Below are positions 40,665 through 54,602 of a stretch of DNA of 64,000 bases, one piece after another. Made by a program: the position numbers and the translations under genes. Position 1 is the first letter of the stretch; every line of letters starts with the position of its first letter. The notes under the pieces were generated by a model. The model searched no databases. It was not told the DNA's origin and saw only the letters and a program-made list of their open reading frames with translations. Source of the stretch: Takakia lepidozioides (Eukaryota; Plantae; Bryophyta); assembly GCA_030704615.1 (NCBI GenBank), contig CM060731.1, forward strand, positions 51,398,001-51,462,000, written 5' to 3'.

Positions 40665-40879
40665 TGATAACCGGTTCCCAAAATTTTATCTCATATTGGG
40701 TCTCTATCCGGTTATCTAGGAACTTCTAACCTCTAGTTATCAATAGGAGCCGGATCTTATAATTTACATAACCGCCGGTTATGTATATCATTTTTTTTGA
40801 AAAAAAATCCAATTTCGGTTATCAATATATTGATAACCGGGTTTTGATACCCTGATTACTCAACACCCCCCCAACACTG
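40665..40879. mobile_element. Truncated hAT right end related to 26114-27029
   Basis: Ends CCAACACTG; several AACCGG/CCGGTT subterminal motifs; left end not found. Confidence 0.55.
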
Positions 40880-40934
40880 GTTGTCACCAGGAGCTGCAAT
40901 GCTGGTGACTTGGCCATGAGAGATTGCCGGCAAG

Positions 40935-41244
40935 GATTCTGCAATTGCAACATTACGTTGCAATCCTTAGTCAATTTCTTGACCTCTTTCGTTGGGAACA
41001 GGGTACAGCCAAGCATACAGAGCGTGTACTCTTCTGTTTCTATAGAGACGCCCTCCAATTCGATGCTCATTTGCGAGAAACCAAGGGTCATCTCAAAGCG
41101 GGGGTGAATGCCCACTCCATAGAAGATGCTTCTCTGGGATGTAATTGCCAGCTGAAGTACACCTGAGACATTAAAAATGTTCTTCGAACCTCCTGCATTC
41201 TTATTCAACTGCATGTCTGTAAGCGAGAATGTTGCCAGCTGCAC
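40935..41244 (-). pseudogene. Isolated gene fragment resembling plant DUF2921 proteins
   Basis: FNVSGVLQLAIT...PRFEMTLGFSQMSIELEGVSIETEEYTLCMLGC; no start codon, no further exons found. Confidence 0.55.
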
Positions 41245-41324
41245 CTGTGTCCGATTAATTCAAAGTGCGACATTTGGGAATTGAATCTCTCCTTGACGAA
41301 TTTGCTTCTGGGAGTAGACTGGCT

Positions 41325-41439
41325 GACGACGACGATGTGGCGTGACCATGATGACGTGTCTACGATGACATATATACGATGGCGTGGCGACGATCACGTG
41401 GCACTATGTCACCCTATTCCTGCTCTAGGCTAAACTAGT
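41325..41439. repeat. Dispersed repeat terminus, copy 2 (reverse orientation)
   Basis: [GAC/GAT]n..GTGGCACTATGTCACCCTATTCCTGCTCTAGGCTAAACTAGT. Confidence 0.8.
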
Positions 41440-43369
41440 CTCCGACCTTAGGCCCTCTTCTCACGAGCGGCAGTGGAAGAGAGAGTTGACACCCCTTCTT
41501 CCACCCACTTTTCCAATGAAAAGTGACACATAGGCAAGGGTGGATGTTGCAGCAAACACACGAGTTGGGAGTGGAAGTTGATAGACTGATCACTCGTGGA
41601 TTTTCTTGATTTTGTGAAAACCATCGACAGTGTAGATCTCCGTAGTGAAGAGTGCGTGAAAGAAGTTCGGGAAGAAGGAAGACGCTGGTGGGCCTTGCAT
41701 TTGACGTCACGACACAACCTTTCAGAGGTGCGTGACACTTCCAGCCAGAAGTGCCTGGAAGTCTTGCGGCTTCCAAAACCTTCCACGTCATTAGGCACAT
41801 CAGCTTCCTTTAGAACCTGCTTCCTCCTACTTCCCTTCTACCAATGGTCATCTCCCATTCATCTCGATTGCCTCTCTTGTGTCTACGCCCTTCTTCGTCG
41901 TTAGAACTTTGTATTTATCATCTATTATATTAATGAACACCGTCACGTTGAAAATGTCATGTATTCATATCCAAAAGCGCCCACCCTGAATTTCTTCTTG
42001 GCCTGCTGTGCTGTAGATGTCTTTAAATTCATCAGTATTTTGCTCCAGCAACCATGTTTCACACACGGTCAGCTTTGTGTCAAGAGTGAGTGAGAGGAAA
42101 CCTGTTGTGTCTACTGCCTCAAATGCAACTCATCAAGTGGATGAATTAATGAAGCATGATGGTGGCTGTGACTGTTGCAAATTCACCGGGCTCTGTCCTA
42201 GTAGACTATATACTACCATGTCACCTTGTCTGTAGGGAAGAGAGCATGTGTATTAGAAGTCTTCCTCTATTTTCTGGCCTGACCTGTCTGCTTTAGAACA
42301 TTGCAAGCTCAATAGTGATTGAAACCAGAATAGTCAGGAGTCACACAATTCTCATATGCAAATGGTGGACAACAGTTCTATCTGGTGAATTGATCACATT
42401 TGCTCAACACTTCAAACTAGTTCTCCTTAGTATATACATCTGTTCCCGAAAAGATTGCCTACAGCTTTCAAACTAGAGGGTAGACATCAAGAAGGGCTTC
42501 TTGATTCAGTCTTGGGACAGCATGTACAAACAGGAAAACCAGATTGAAAACCTTGAAATTTACAAAAACTAGTCTATGCTATCAAATAACTGAAGATTTG
42601 TGCACGTATCTAGGAAAGGGCTAGGTACCAACAAACTTTCAACCCAAAGGGAACATGATCCACATTGATGTCACCTCCACCTTCTCTTTCTTTCCTGCTG
42701 AAACCCAGACGAAATCCCAAGGACTCAATACCAAAAATAATTTCACAAAGATAAGTCTGACTAATCTAGTTCAACTCTAAGCACATTGATCTTGCATTCT
42801 GAATATACCATAAGACCCTGAACCAATACAGGTTAAATGACTGTACATCACACCGATCCACAGACACGCAGCAGGGCTGGATGCTTACGCTGGTAACTCC
42901 AATGTTGAACAGGCCTCCTGCCCCTTGGCACGGACCTCAGCATGTCAACAGAGAGCTAGAGCATGCCCGAGACTTATGAGTTACAATCCAACATATCTAC
43001 TCTCCCATGGTAGATTTAAGGTTATGGCCCTACAGAAACAAGCAACGAATCGTTGTACCCTACCCAGGAGGGATGTGGGATCAGGAAATTTATGGTCCTG
43101 GAATCTCCTAGGAACCTGAGATCAAATCACTTAAAGATGCCTTTTGCACTAGTGCCTGCAGTCTCCCCTCTAGGGTAGAGACAGCAATTGATCCACCTGT
43201 TGCATTCATGCAACACCCAAAAGCCCATCAAATACACATATTCATAAAGCTGTATTCACAAAGCTCTCTATATGACAACATATTGAAAGATCAGCTAAGT
43301 CAATTCTCGCTTTAAATTATCCCATATATTGAAGCAGGACCCTTGGTGGTTTACCTGAAGTCCTCCTAG

Positions 43370-46300
43370 TTAGACAGTCGTCAATTCCTGTTAAACATCA
43401 ATCCCACATCAGGTAATGTTACCACACATCCCAGTCAAATGACACAAAAGCCCCCCATTGCCTGTATACCTTGCAGAGAACTCTTTTCATAAAAGAAATA
43501 GCAAACTACTCTTCTTAGGGGGTTGCCCCACCTGCAGTTAGGCACATTTAAGCTAACTAATAGGTTTAGGTGCCCCACTTACAGTTAGACTAACTTGGAC
43601 TCTCAATAGTAAGTGCACCTGACTAACTGAAGACATGAAACTTAACAGGTCTGAAATAGGACCTTCTACTTAACTGGTGGCTGACTTCCAGAAGGAAGTG
43701 AAGCTACTTCTACTCGGCTTTCTACTACCACACTAAAGGTGCAATAACTAGGACCAAGTATCATCAACATTTCTGATTCCCCTCCCATGTAGGGTTACCA
43801 AAGCAAGCTGCCAGAATAGCTGAAAGTAGGTGATAGACAACAGTTTTCAGTAAATAACAAACCACACACCTTCTCCTTTTGTTTGAAGAGGGTCTCAATT
43901 TTCTTGACATATTCGTCAGTGAGTTTCTGGAACCATCCAGGAACCTAGAAGTCAGGAATGCCTTCTCATCTCCAAATGTGCGGTCTACCCTGGCCATCAG
44001 CAAGTAAATAGTTGTCCCAATGCATTTCAATGTGAGCTATTGAAGAACAAAAGTGCATCTCCACCTTATGTTCAAGGAAAGCATGTGAGGAGTAATGGGA
44101 GGGGGAAAGGGGGGGCAAACCCAGGAGGGAAGATAAGGGATTCAATCAGTACAAATCCAAAAGAAAGATTAAAATCCATTCAGTCAAGTGGTATCAGATT
44201 CTTGGCTTGGAATCAGTGTCCCCCGAATCTCATCACAAATGTTGATCTGGCAAAGGCCACACAAACACTACAATAATTCAGTGCAAATCAATTGTCCTAG
44301 ATTCTAGAATCTACTGACATTACCTGAATTTCGACAGAAAGATCCTTTACATTGTCCTCTGAGAGCTTCTTCTCCTATCACCCACAAGCCACAAAGCAAC
44401 AAAACTACCTGTCATGTAAGAGCTCCCCTGATAAGTGATCGAGTGCCTACTACAAAGGTGGCTGACTGGGTTTCCAGAACTTCGTCCAACCACCAGCTAT
44501 GGCTAGGAGGCATTGACGCTTAAACAGTGGAGACTTCAAGGTGAATTCTCATTTAACTGCTCCCATGTACGATAAAGTAAATAGCCATGGGTTCCATACC
44601 TCATACAATGCTGCATATGCAGCTAGTTTGTTTGAAATTGGCCAAGTTTATAGCAAAAAAAATCCTGAACTCGTCATTACATGTTCGTGACTATTGTTTC
44701 AAGGCAAAAGCCAACTGCAGTTACCTTTTCAAGTTTTTCATACGACTTGATGGCATCTCTTCTCACATTCCGGAGCGCCACCTGCCCTCCCATTATCCAT
44801 ATTTCAGAATTCAAGGATGGGAGACATCTAAACATGAGCTTTGATTTGACGCATGGAAATACAACTTAGGTGTAGCATGTCCACTGGAAAAATAGACAAC
44901 AGGGAGATTAAGGAGATTCATCTTGTAACGCACTGTTTCCAGTTGCAGAATATTTTGGTGGACACTCCCCTCCATCCACATAGGCATGGATGACCTTCTT
45001 GTCTTTTCCTAGGTGGCCCTTGTCACATGTGCTAGCAGACTATGGTCCAAAGCTATTCATCTCCCCTTCCACAGTTACCACCGCAGTAACCTGTGCCTAT
45101 GTATCCACGCATTCAACCATATATCAGAGGATCAGACTAGAGATGAGTCAGCATGTACCTTGCCATCTTCAGTAAGTCTCGAGACCAGCTTCAGAAGCTC
45201 CTATGAAACATCCACCATGCAGATATCAAGAAGACAATAAGTGGCTTTAATAGTGCAAGAGCACCCCTACATACCTACAGAGCCCCTACTGCATGGGGCA
45301 GGGCCCTAACCATATTCATCCACCAGGGTGGTTGTCATACCCAGTTATGGTCACATAACCTCCAACCATATGGAATTTGAACACATGACCAACTAGGACA
45401 GATGGAGTGCCCTAACCACTGCACTTTCTACTAGAAGCTATGGATTATGAGTACATAAAGCACTTTGAGATTTTTCTCTTTGTTATTATCTGCTCCTTCC
45501 ATAGCATATTGGCGCGCTTGGCCAGGGCGGTGCAATCCAGGCTGGTGGAATGCCCTGGTACCCGAGGGTGGTGCATTCCACCGGAGTGGAATGCACTGCC
45601 AGACCATTTTTTTTATTGCACGTGCTTTATGCAGGGGAAGGCCCCTCGTGTCGGGCATTCCTCGATTTTCGGGCACTGCCTCGGGCTTCTGCCCTCGGGC
45701 CAGTGTGCCCTTATATCGAGGAATGCCCTCCACTCGGGGCCTTCCCCAATACAGTACCACACCAAAAAAGCATTCATGAGACAGTTTGCAATTTGGATGA
45801 GGAAAGCCTTCTATAAAAGTTCTGAAAGGATTCAATCAGCACAGGGTGCTCAGTATGGAAACTCTCAAGAGTTCTACTAGGAGTTGGTCTAGGTATGCAA
45901 TGGCTCAACATAATACGAGGAAAGGTATGTCGGGTACTATCACTCCCCCCAACTTGTCAGCATCAGCCTCCCTAGCGACCACCACCTCTTGCCCTAAAAG
46001 ATGCCTGAAGAAATTGTGAAGGACACTTCTTCACATGGACCAACATTTGAGAGACAAACTCAGACAACATACCTTTCTTCTATCTTCAGTGAGCTGTGGA
46101 ATGTTCAACCGTATCACACTTCCATCACTGCTTGGTGTGAGGCCCAAATCTGACTTTATGAGAGCTTTCTCAATCGCAACCAAACTGCACTACAAAGGCC
46201 CCCCTCACTGAATTGAAGATGGATATAACCTCCCAACCTCTTTTAATACAACCGTGATTCAGACAACAATGCATGCCCTTTTTATCCAGCATTTGATAAC

Positions 46301-48455
46301 AACCCCAACATTTGCCCAAACTTGACGTTGAAGGCATTACGAACGTGAGCACACAGAGACTCACCTTGATTTATCAAAAGGCTGGACAAGGATAGTGCTG
46401 CCATCTGGTGTGCTGACTTGAGCAACGCTCTTCAGAATGACAGGAGTCCCATAATACTCCACCTTTATTCACAGCAAACCCCGCCAGGTCAATTACGATC
46501 TTCCTAAAGATCTTTACCCCTGGTCATTTGTGAGGCCAAACAACACGAGCCTGGTCAATGTTTATCCTCCAGTTACAAAGTTTGGTGGCCCAATGACTAT
46601 GCACCAAGTAAGTTACCTCGACACGGTCTAACAGAGATGGGCTGGCTCTGCCAGTGCGAACAGTGTTGAAATTGGCCTTTGTTGCCTCCAAAGTCTTCTC
46701 CATCCTCTCCATCTGCCCACTCACCCCAATGATAGCCCTCTTTATAAATAATACATGGCAGCCATTGACACCACACCTCCCTGTTATGTTAAGTGCACAA
46801 AAATGCACTTGTATATTTTGCTGTGAGGCATGGCTTTAGCACAAAATCTGTAGCTAAGAGTGGGTCTTGTTGCATACGTCTTCAGGTTAAAAGCTTGAAT
46901 ATGCATTGTTAGCTTGAAACTTTTAGGACTCCCATAAGCTTACAGTGACTGCCGAATGATATCTTTGCTTGCACCGTTACGATCATCCTAGGAGGAATAG
47001 AGAGGTGGGGTCAAGGGGGTGAGAGGCATGTAACATCTGTGGTCCACAGAAAGCCCCCTGCAACTAGCTTCAATAGCTTCAAATACCTACTTGATGTTCA
47101 AAGAATAGTTAAATTGGGCCAGAGACCCACCGCATCTTCTTCAATCATCTCCTTCTCGGCCTCCACATCTTCAGCAGTTGCGAACCGAATACTTAGGGAC
47201 CTTATAATCCATGCAACCTCACATATCAAAATAACACCTTGAAATTGAAAAATTAAACACTGCAAACATACTAGGAACTTGGGCATGTTAAGGGTAGTAG
47301 TCAAATCCTAGTAGGGTTTCTATCTCTCTTGCTGCTGAATGGCCTCAAATAGTTGAAAGAACCTATAATAACAGTCTTTCGAAAGAACACCACCACAGCA
47401 TTGATTTGAGGCTCCCAACTCATAATCATATCTTAAACTTCCTGTGGAATTTATTTGTTCAAAAGACATTCATTTCGTGGAAACAGCCTAATAGCAAACA
47501 ATTACACACTTTCAACTTCCAAAGAAGCAACCAAGAAATATTAAACTCGCAACATGAGATGTCTGGAAAGAGCTGGAAAAAAGAAAAAGTAAGCTTTGCA
47601 CCTTAGGAAACTCTGCCCCACCTTGACCCTGGAGACTGGAACTAGAAACCTTCCATTTCCTCCCCAGGTCAGCTGTTGAGGCAATGCCAAGATGCAATGG
47701 CTTTCAATCCTTCCATTTCTTGTCAACGAGCCAACCCATCCTGCCTGGGTCCTGCCTGCAGAAATACCTTACTTGTAATTAGCCTGGACGAGCTCCAGAC
47801 TCTAGGCAACCTATTTCTAAGCATTTCCTACATCCCCTCGGTCTCTCAAATTGTGCTAGTTGTTTACATTTCCACCTCGGTATGTGTGAATCCTCCCTAA
47901 TACTTCCCACTACTCCAACAGTTAGGAATCGAATGGTTTTCTAAGCATGAGCTGATACAGAACATTTTCCATCTTTCTCTATGTACATGAAATGAAGCAA
48001 TCACCAAACAAACCCCCACTAAAATGAGCAAAATTTCATCCTCTCTGTCTAGTTCTCCCCTCACAAAACATGAATTTGAACCAATCTCAATTCCGTCAAA
48101 CAATGAGATGGACTCATTATAGTCAGCCCGTCCCTGCAAAACTATCTCCTTCGACACAGACATTGTTTCTTCGATAAATTCATTGCCGCAACTTCTCATG
48201 GGGAATTGGGAGATGTGTGGATCTTCAATGCTGCCAGAATGTACCTTATTAAAACAACCCTACATCTCAGACGAGCCTCAGACCACGACCTCTACTAGCG
48301 GCAGCAAGCCCCAACCACGAACTGAAACCAACAGAAATGTAAAGCAAACAGATCGCAAGACGCATACCGAGGTGCGGTAAGCTCCCACAGCGAGACGACG
48401 CACACACGGGTTCCGGCAGCGTAGTGCAACACACGGACGCCATGGACGCTGCCAT
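43370..48455 (-). CDS. RRF: Chloroplast ribosome recycling factor; 11 exons (48455-48368, 47755-47602, 47200-47131, 46712-46617, 46462-46365, 46184-46073, 45200-45159, 44781-44725, 44374-44324, 43926-43870, 43387-43370)
   Basis: [18 protein letters not shown]|[62 protein letters not shown]|ELTTV*; Ser/Ala-rich N-terminal extension; all junctions GT-AG and in frame. Confidence 0.96.
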
Positions 48456-49583
48456 GCCTCGCTCCTCGCTCTCTGTCTGTGCGCTTCGACGCTCATCGCC
48501 TTCTCCACACATTCGGGCACCCTTCAAACTTTCTACACTGCCCGCTCCCTTGTATGAAATTTCTGGCAGATAACTCAATTACCACATATTTGCCTCATAG
48601 GTGCATTGAAATCGCTACTATCAAACAATGAGAGGGTTTTGATATAGTGACGTGTGTGTGAGGGTTGTAAATCTAGTTATTATCCTCATTGTTCACAATC
48701 ATTTGCAGGGTTATTGATTGTTGCCAGCAGGCAAGAGGAGAGGGAGAGAGAAGATGCACACCTCCAGTCTCACACCACTCCTCTCCTCTCCTCTGACCAA
48801 CGTTAACAAGAATTTACTCCAGATTTGCCATCCAAGCAACACCGTCTCAGGGAAGGAAATTTCTCAGTGTGTCCCAGAGGTTAGAGAATGCTTTTTATAC
48901 TGGTATTACACTGGTTCACACTCCCTGAGAAAGACAGATTAACGCACAGGCCCATTTCAGTAGGCCCATACCTCTTTCTTCACATTTCATTGAGGATTCA
49001 AAGGATTACAACCGATCGAGGTGCAAAGTATTGTTGGGAAGATGGAGAACAGGTCTTCTTCTGTCATACAGCAGGCTTGCTATATCATATTCCAAGAATC
49101 ATCCAAGGCCAGACAATCAGCAGACATCTATCCACAACCAGTAAAACCATGATGGCACATTTGTTCCATGGCCAAGAAGGCAGACCTGAGACATCAACTC
49201 ATGAAGGGGGGGGTGGGGATAAAATACCACATTCCGCAACACACCTATAAACTCTCAGGCCAAACACAACAAGCAACTTGTTTGACTGCAAACCTCCCCA
49301 TCCAACCTAGCTACCATAAACAATGGACACAGCAGAAAGAGTCCCCTATTCTGTGCTGACTAAGACTAGAGAGCTTTACTGTGTAGCTTCATGAGGCCTA
49401 AATAGACTGTGCCCCACCACCACATAAGAGGTGACAGGCACCAACAACAAAGATGCATGCTCTCATACAATAATTCCTTTGGAAAATTCCAATCCAGTAA
49501 CAATGCTACACCTGCACAGACAAAGGTCCACCTACGGCTACTGCAAGATTGAGGACACCAGCCCCCTTGCCAATGATATCGTT

Positions 49584-52500
49584 TCACAAGGATTCTTGAG
49601 AGCGTCTCACTATCCGGCTCACCTTCCGCTTAAAGTCTTCTTTTGTCTCTCGCCACTCTTTCTGCAGAGATCCAGACGATGAAAAGTGACTACCAGAAAA
49701 TGAGAGACACCCCCTACAGATGTGATGCAAGGCAAAGGCATCTCAGCTGCAGTTATTAAGGCATGGAAGTGCAAGATACAAATAATCATAGAACAAGGGC
49801 ACACCTTTAACATTATCTCTCTCATGCAAGTATCATACTTGGACAGCAATTCACATCCACCAATTTTAAATGCTCTTTAGACGAACAGCTTCAATTTGGT
49901 CACACTGGAAGCTTCCTTTGTCTGCATGACCTTCATTGAAGGTCAAATTTGTTTTTCTTAAAACATAATTGGAAGGCCAATTTGGCAAGTGCGACCTCTT
50001 TTGTTGACAGGGAAGACGCTTCAAAGGAGAAGTGAACCCTCACCGCTGCATCAATGTTCGCAGGTGACTCATCATTTGGACTGGACAACATAGATATAAT
50101 GCTCAGAAGAATTGTCTCCACCTGCATTGTGACAATGCCCTTCAAACATCAGCCAAAATGATCACAGCACCAGTACGGAAATTACAAGTATCAATTTCTC
50201 AAGACGACAGGAAAAATGAATTCATTTCACACTTGCGCACTAGGCTCAAGTAAAAAACCACTCGGGGAACAAGGGATACGTCGCTGACAACAATCTTTAG
50301 TAGACCAGGCCTGAAAGGGCCAAAAGCTTCAAACAGTTTAGCTCGTGCACAAGGTATCACCCAAGCTGTGACAGCCCACTGCTGACCACTGCATAGAGGG
50401 GCCTGATGATGAGCAAGTCTTTGCTCCAGAGTCCAGACACTACTCATGTAGTACAACTGCTGGACATACATAGAGGACAGTCAGGAGGCATTCAGCCATC
50501 CTACTTGTTGAAGAGAACTCAAACAGAAGATACATTTATAGGGGATAGCCAACGACAATACCGTGTGCACAGGGGACCATCGCTCACTGGCAAGCTCATA
50601 GCCATTGGGGTCATCTCCAGGCGCATGGAGTATGGAGATACAAACGCGTCCATCAGGATAAACTGGAAACGCTAGAGGCAAACCAAGCTGTTACTAAAAA
50701 TAAACACTCCTTGTAATTTGACTAATAATGCAATAAGTGTGCAGGTAACATGATGTGTAACCAAATTCTCTAAACCCTGATCAGAATAGCATCAAAGGCA
50801 GTATAGATGCCAGTCTCAAGCCGTGTCTGAATCACACATTATGCGAGTTTCACTAAATTTACATTCCCAAAAATCCAGTGGCCAAGTAAGAAAATGCTGT
50901 GCTACCTCAATATACACACGTGAGTAGCACCACATAGTAAAGAAACTTAACAAAGACATTGAACTGACAAGACCCCTGCAAAGCCATGCTAAAACTGGGC
51001 CACTATAACTCAACTGAACAAAGATTTACACTGCATAATGTTGATGCTTGATCTAGCACTCTAACTGAGATTATTGAGTAATGATCATGTTTAAAAGCGA
51101 TATCAATGCCTATCCCCAAAAAGAGAAACTCCAATCAAGTCACCCACTTCATTTATGCGTTGACTGACGGAAGGTTAGCAATCCAATGCTTCTAAGAGAT
51201 TAGAACCAACACAATACAACAGTCACTTGCTTCCCCTGAGCAGTAATACAAAACGTTGTTGTTGCAGGAATGGTAGCTTGAGAACGCGTATGGGAAACGG
51301 TGTCAGATGCACTGGCTGAATGAGGAGTACTACAGGCAAGGGTATGCTCTAAACCCTAAGCAGGAAAAGAGGTCCCTGCCTGTCCAAAATCCAGTAAAAC
51401 CCATTTGCCTATGTGCACTTACCATTTGGATGCCACATGTCCGAAGTGAACCTTACTGATGGAGGGCTATTTGGATAATTTGGTGGAAAACTCATGATGG
51501 CATTAAAATACCCACCCTCACTGCAAGACACCACGAACAATACAGTCACATTAACCACACGTCTCTCTGATGCAACAAGCATCCATGTAGCGGAGGGTCA
51601 GAAGACAGTCTGTTCCATGCTACTGATACCCTCACCTTATTGTTTGAGGAGTAAAGAAGGCAGACACATACGTGTATGTAATACTCCAAAGGGTATTCTT
51701 TTAAAGACATGATCAAGCCATGTGGCATCAACAAATCATTTGGAAACACCAGAGATGTTCATCAGAACACCCAAATTGGGAATCATACTATAGGAGAAAC
51801 TCACTTGATGAGAAACCCTAAGAAAAACCATCATAAACCTCCATGGGGAACAAGAAGCAAAAATCCTTCAGCCCCAGGTGTCAGTCCGAAACCGAGGCTA
51901 AAACCGAGGCTTCAAGCAGGTTGCAGCACACTGCACACCCAGCTTCATTGAAAAACAACTAGTTGTTGACCAGTCTCACCAAAGGTGACTTGCTTGGACT
52001 GGAGTAACAATGACCTCCGAGTAGATTTTTTTGCGAGGAGTCGAAGTGGCAAAACTCTACAACAGAGAGCTTGCAAACACCTATGAGAAGGTTTTTCTGT
52101 CTTAGCTGTTGACTCAGCAACTTCATGTTCCTCTTCCAGACATGAAAAATTCCTGATGATCTCAATACCGGTTTCTTGAAGTAACAAACAATGTGACTTC
52201 ACATGGTACATAAGAGACATATTCTCCACTATTCCCCTTCATCTCCTCGTCATAATCTTCATCTCAACATCTTCCCAAACATCCCATCACAAAAAGCTAC
52301 CCCAATGGCATAGGAATGAACCCACTGAGGCAAGCTTGGATGTATGGTGACTGAAAACTTACTAGAGAGTGTCTGGAGGGCCAATAATAGTAACATTCCA
52401 TTCAAACACATTGGAGTCATCCACAAGTCCTGCTGAAAAGCCATCAACTGGATTCCTAGATAAATCTGCAACACACAGCAAAATCATGAGAACCACACAC

Positions 52501-53582
52501 TTTGATTTCCTTCATCTCCACACTCCTAGGAGACCATTTGTCATTGGGGACCTTATATAACTCCCAAATACAGAAAGTTGGCTTCTTGTCCTTGATTTAA
52601 AGACCCGCTGGACCTTGCGGCTAAGTTCCCACTGTCAGTCTGGTGGTCTGCCTCAACCTTTAGTGCTTAACTACTTGCACGGCATCCAACCAGACAGACA
52701 GTATCATGACAAGTACAGAGATTGGATGCCAACCAAGCAGATTAGCAATCTTCTTCCAAATAGAAAATTCCATGTCAAATTCATACAGACTTCAGAGAAT
52801 TCTCCCAAGATGCCAATCCAAGTTTGATAACCAACACATCAACCTACATCTTTATCCGAGGGTGACACCTAGTAGACCAATTTCCTCAATCTACTGCAAA
52901 AGAGAAGAAATGACAAGAGACCACAGCTGAAATTTATTCACAGCAGAGAGTACATCCAACAACAGAGTCACAATTCTTGTTGCTAACCCTACCAGAAACT
53001 AAAGTAATTAGCAAACAAGCAAACGCAAATTGCTGATATCTGGATCTACAAGACAGAAATCCTTCATGAGGTTGGCTTATCGGAATACAAAATCTGAGAT
53101 CAAGATCAAGAATTAGTTATACCGAAGTTTGAAAGGTAGAGTTAGTACCAGAGATAACCCTAAATCAGACACAGAAATGTTATTGGCATCCCCGAAGTGA
53201 CACACAGAATAGAATCTAATGCTTCAACAAGTGAAAGATCCTCTCAGAAGCTTCAATCTATCACTCAAGGACATTGGAGGACAGGGGAAACAGCCAGCGC
53301 ATTCTACGGAATCATATCCCCATGAGTATGGTGGTTCCCAGAAGTTTTAGGATATGGTGAAAGTGCAACTACGAACCCCAGATGAATCGGGACAGATCAT
53401 GAACCGGCAGGCACATAACAGAGTGAAAAAAACTCAAAAACTACAGAATGAGCAGATTCCCAGAAAAAGGAACTCTGCAACCGTCCTGAGAGCTCCAAGC
53501 ACAGAAAAACACGAGAGGAGTTGATGGATAGAGCACCTTTAAGCTGCTTGCGCAGAAGAAGAATCGCCTGGCTGTCCGACAT
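49584..53582 (-). CDS. UBC7: Ubiquitin-conjugating enzyme E2, UBC7/13/14 (UBE2G) type; six exons
   Basis: [15 protein letters not shown]|[24 protein letters not shown]|EGG..MWHPN|[34 protein letters not shown]|[12 protein letters not shown]..|[13 protein letters not shown]. Confidence 0.95.
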
Positions 53583-54602
53583 GCTGCCCAAACCTGGGGT
53601 TACGCCCCTTGCACGGCTTCCGTCCCGAACCTCCTACGGAAATCAATAAACCGCGAGGATCTCTATAGCAGCAGAAACCTTCTGAGCACACTGAAAATCA
53701 ACTTCACACTGATCAGCCTCGAATTCGGGCTTGGCGTGTCCTCATCAAGCCCTCCCTCAAAAGAGCGGCATAGACGGATCTCACCCCTCTACTACACTAC
53801 TTGTTCCTTACGTGGTCACCACAAAAGAGCTGCAGGCAAGCGCAGCCACAGCGAGCGCGGGCGTAGGCGTGGAAGAGCGGCATGACCGTCCTCGCTCCCA
53901 CGCAAGAGAGGTCATGGCGCACAGCGGGCAGCCGAATTGGAGAAGATGCTGCCCGCTCATGTCCGGGCAGTGGCCCATCCATGCCCCAGACGTTTCATCC
54001 ATCTACAATCTTCATCCGTCCGTTCTGACGGCGGTCGCCGGCCGTTTCCGGACCAGTGGGCGGCTGGATTCGCACGTGTGATGGGCCACACGTGCACGTG
54101 CTACATTAGGGCAGAAGAATGAATGTTGCCTCCCTACATCCTACCCACCTACACTGCCATTCGGTGGATTCCGACGACATCTGTTTGTCTCAACAGATTT
54201 CATCTGCTCAAGGCAAGGAAAATTTCCGGGATTCCAGGGAAGCCCTCGGTCGAGCAGGTTAGTGACACGTGCTGGCTGAGGGTAAGAAGGACGCGTCTTA
54301 GGGCTGGCGTGGCAGAGCCCTGACTGCACGCGCAAGAACCGGGAAAATAACTCTTTTGTGCACCAGTCTCTGTGGCTCTCGCTAGAAGGTCGCCACGTGG
54401 ACCTGTGGCAATCACGGAAGGCGCTCTCACTATTCAACTCGGAACTGGCTATAAAGTATGAGCTGGCTGCTATCAATTGCACGTGGCCAACTGATTATTG
54501 GCCGCGTGGATGAGATGGTTAAGTAAAGAAACTTAGGGTCCGGAACTAAAAACGTTTTATATGTTAAATACTAACAAAGAAAACATCAACTTTATTGGTT
54601 AA

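Noticed and set aside
45440-45880. ORFs and GC-rich patch in RRF intron 6
   Set aside because: Probably a small insertion, but no convincing TIR, TSD or protein motif.
13833-53582. Apparent functional cluster of translation genes and E2 enzymes
   Set aside because: These are abundant housekeeping families in mixed orientation; nothing in the sequence supports co-regulation.
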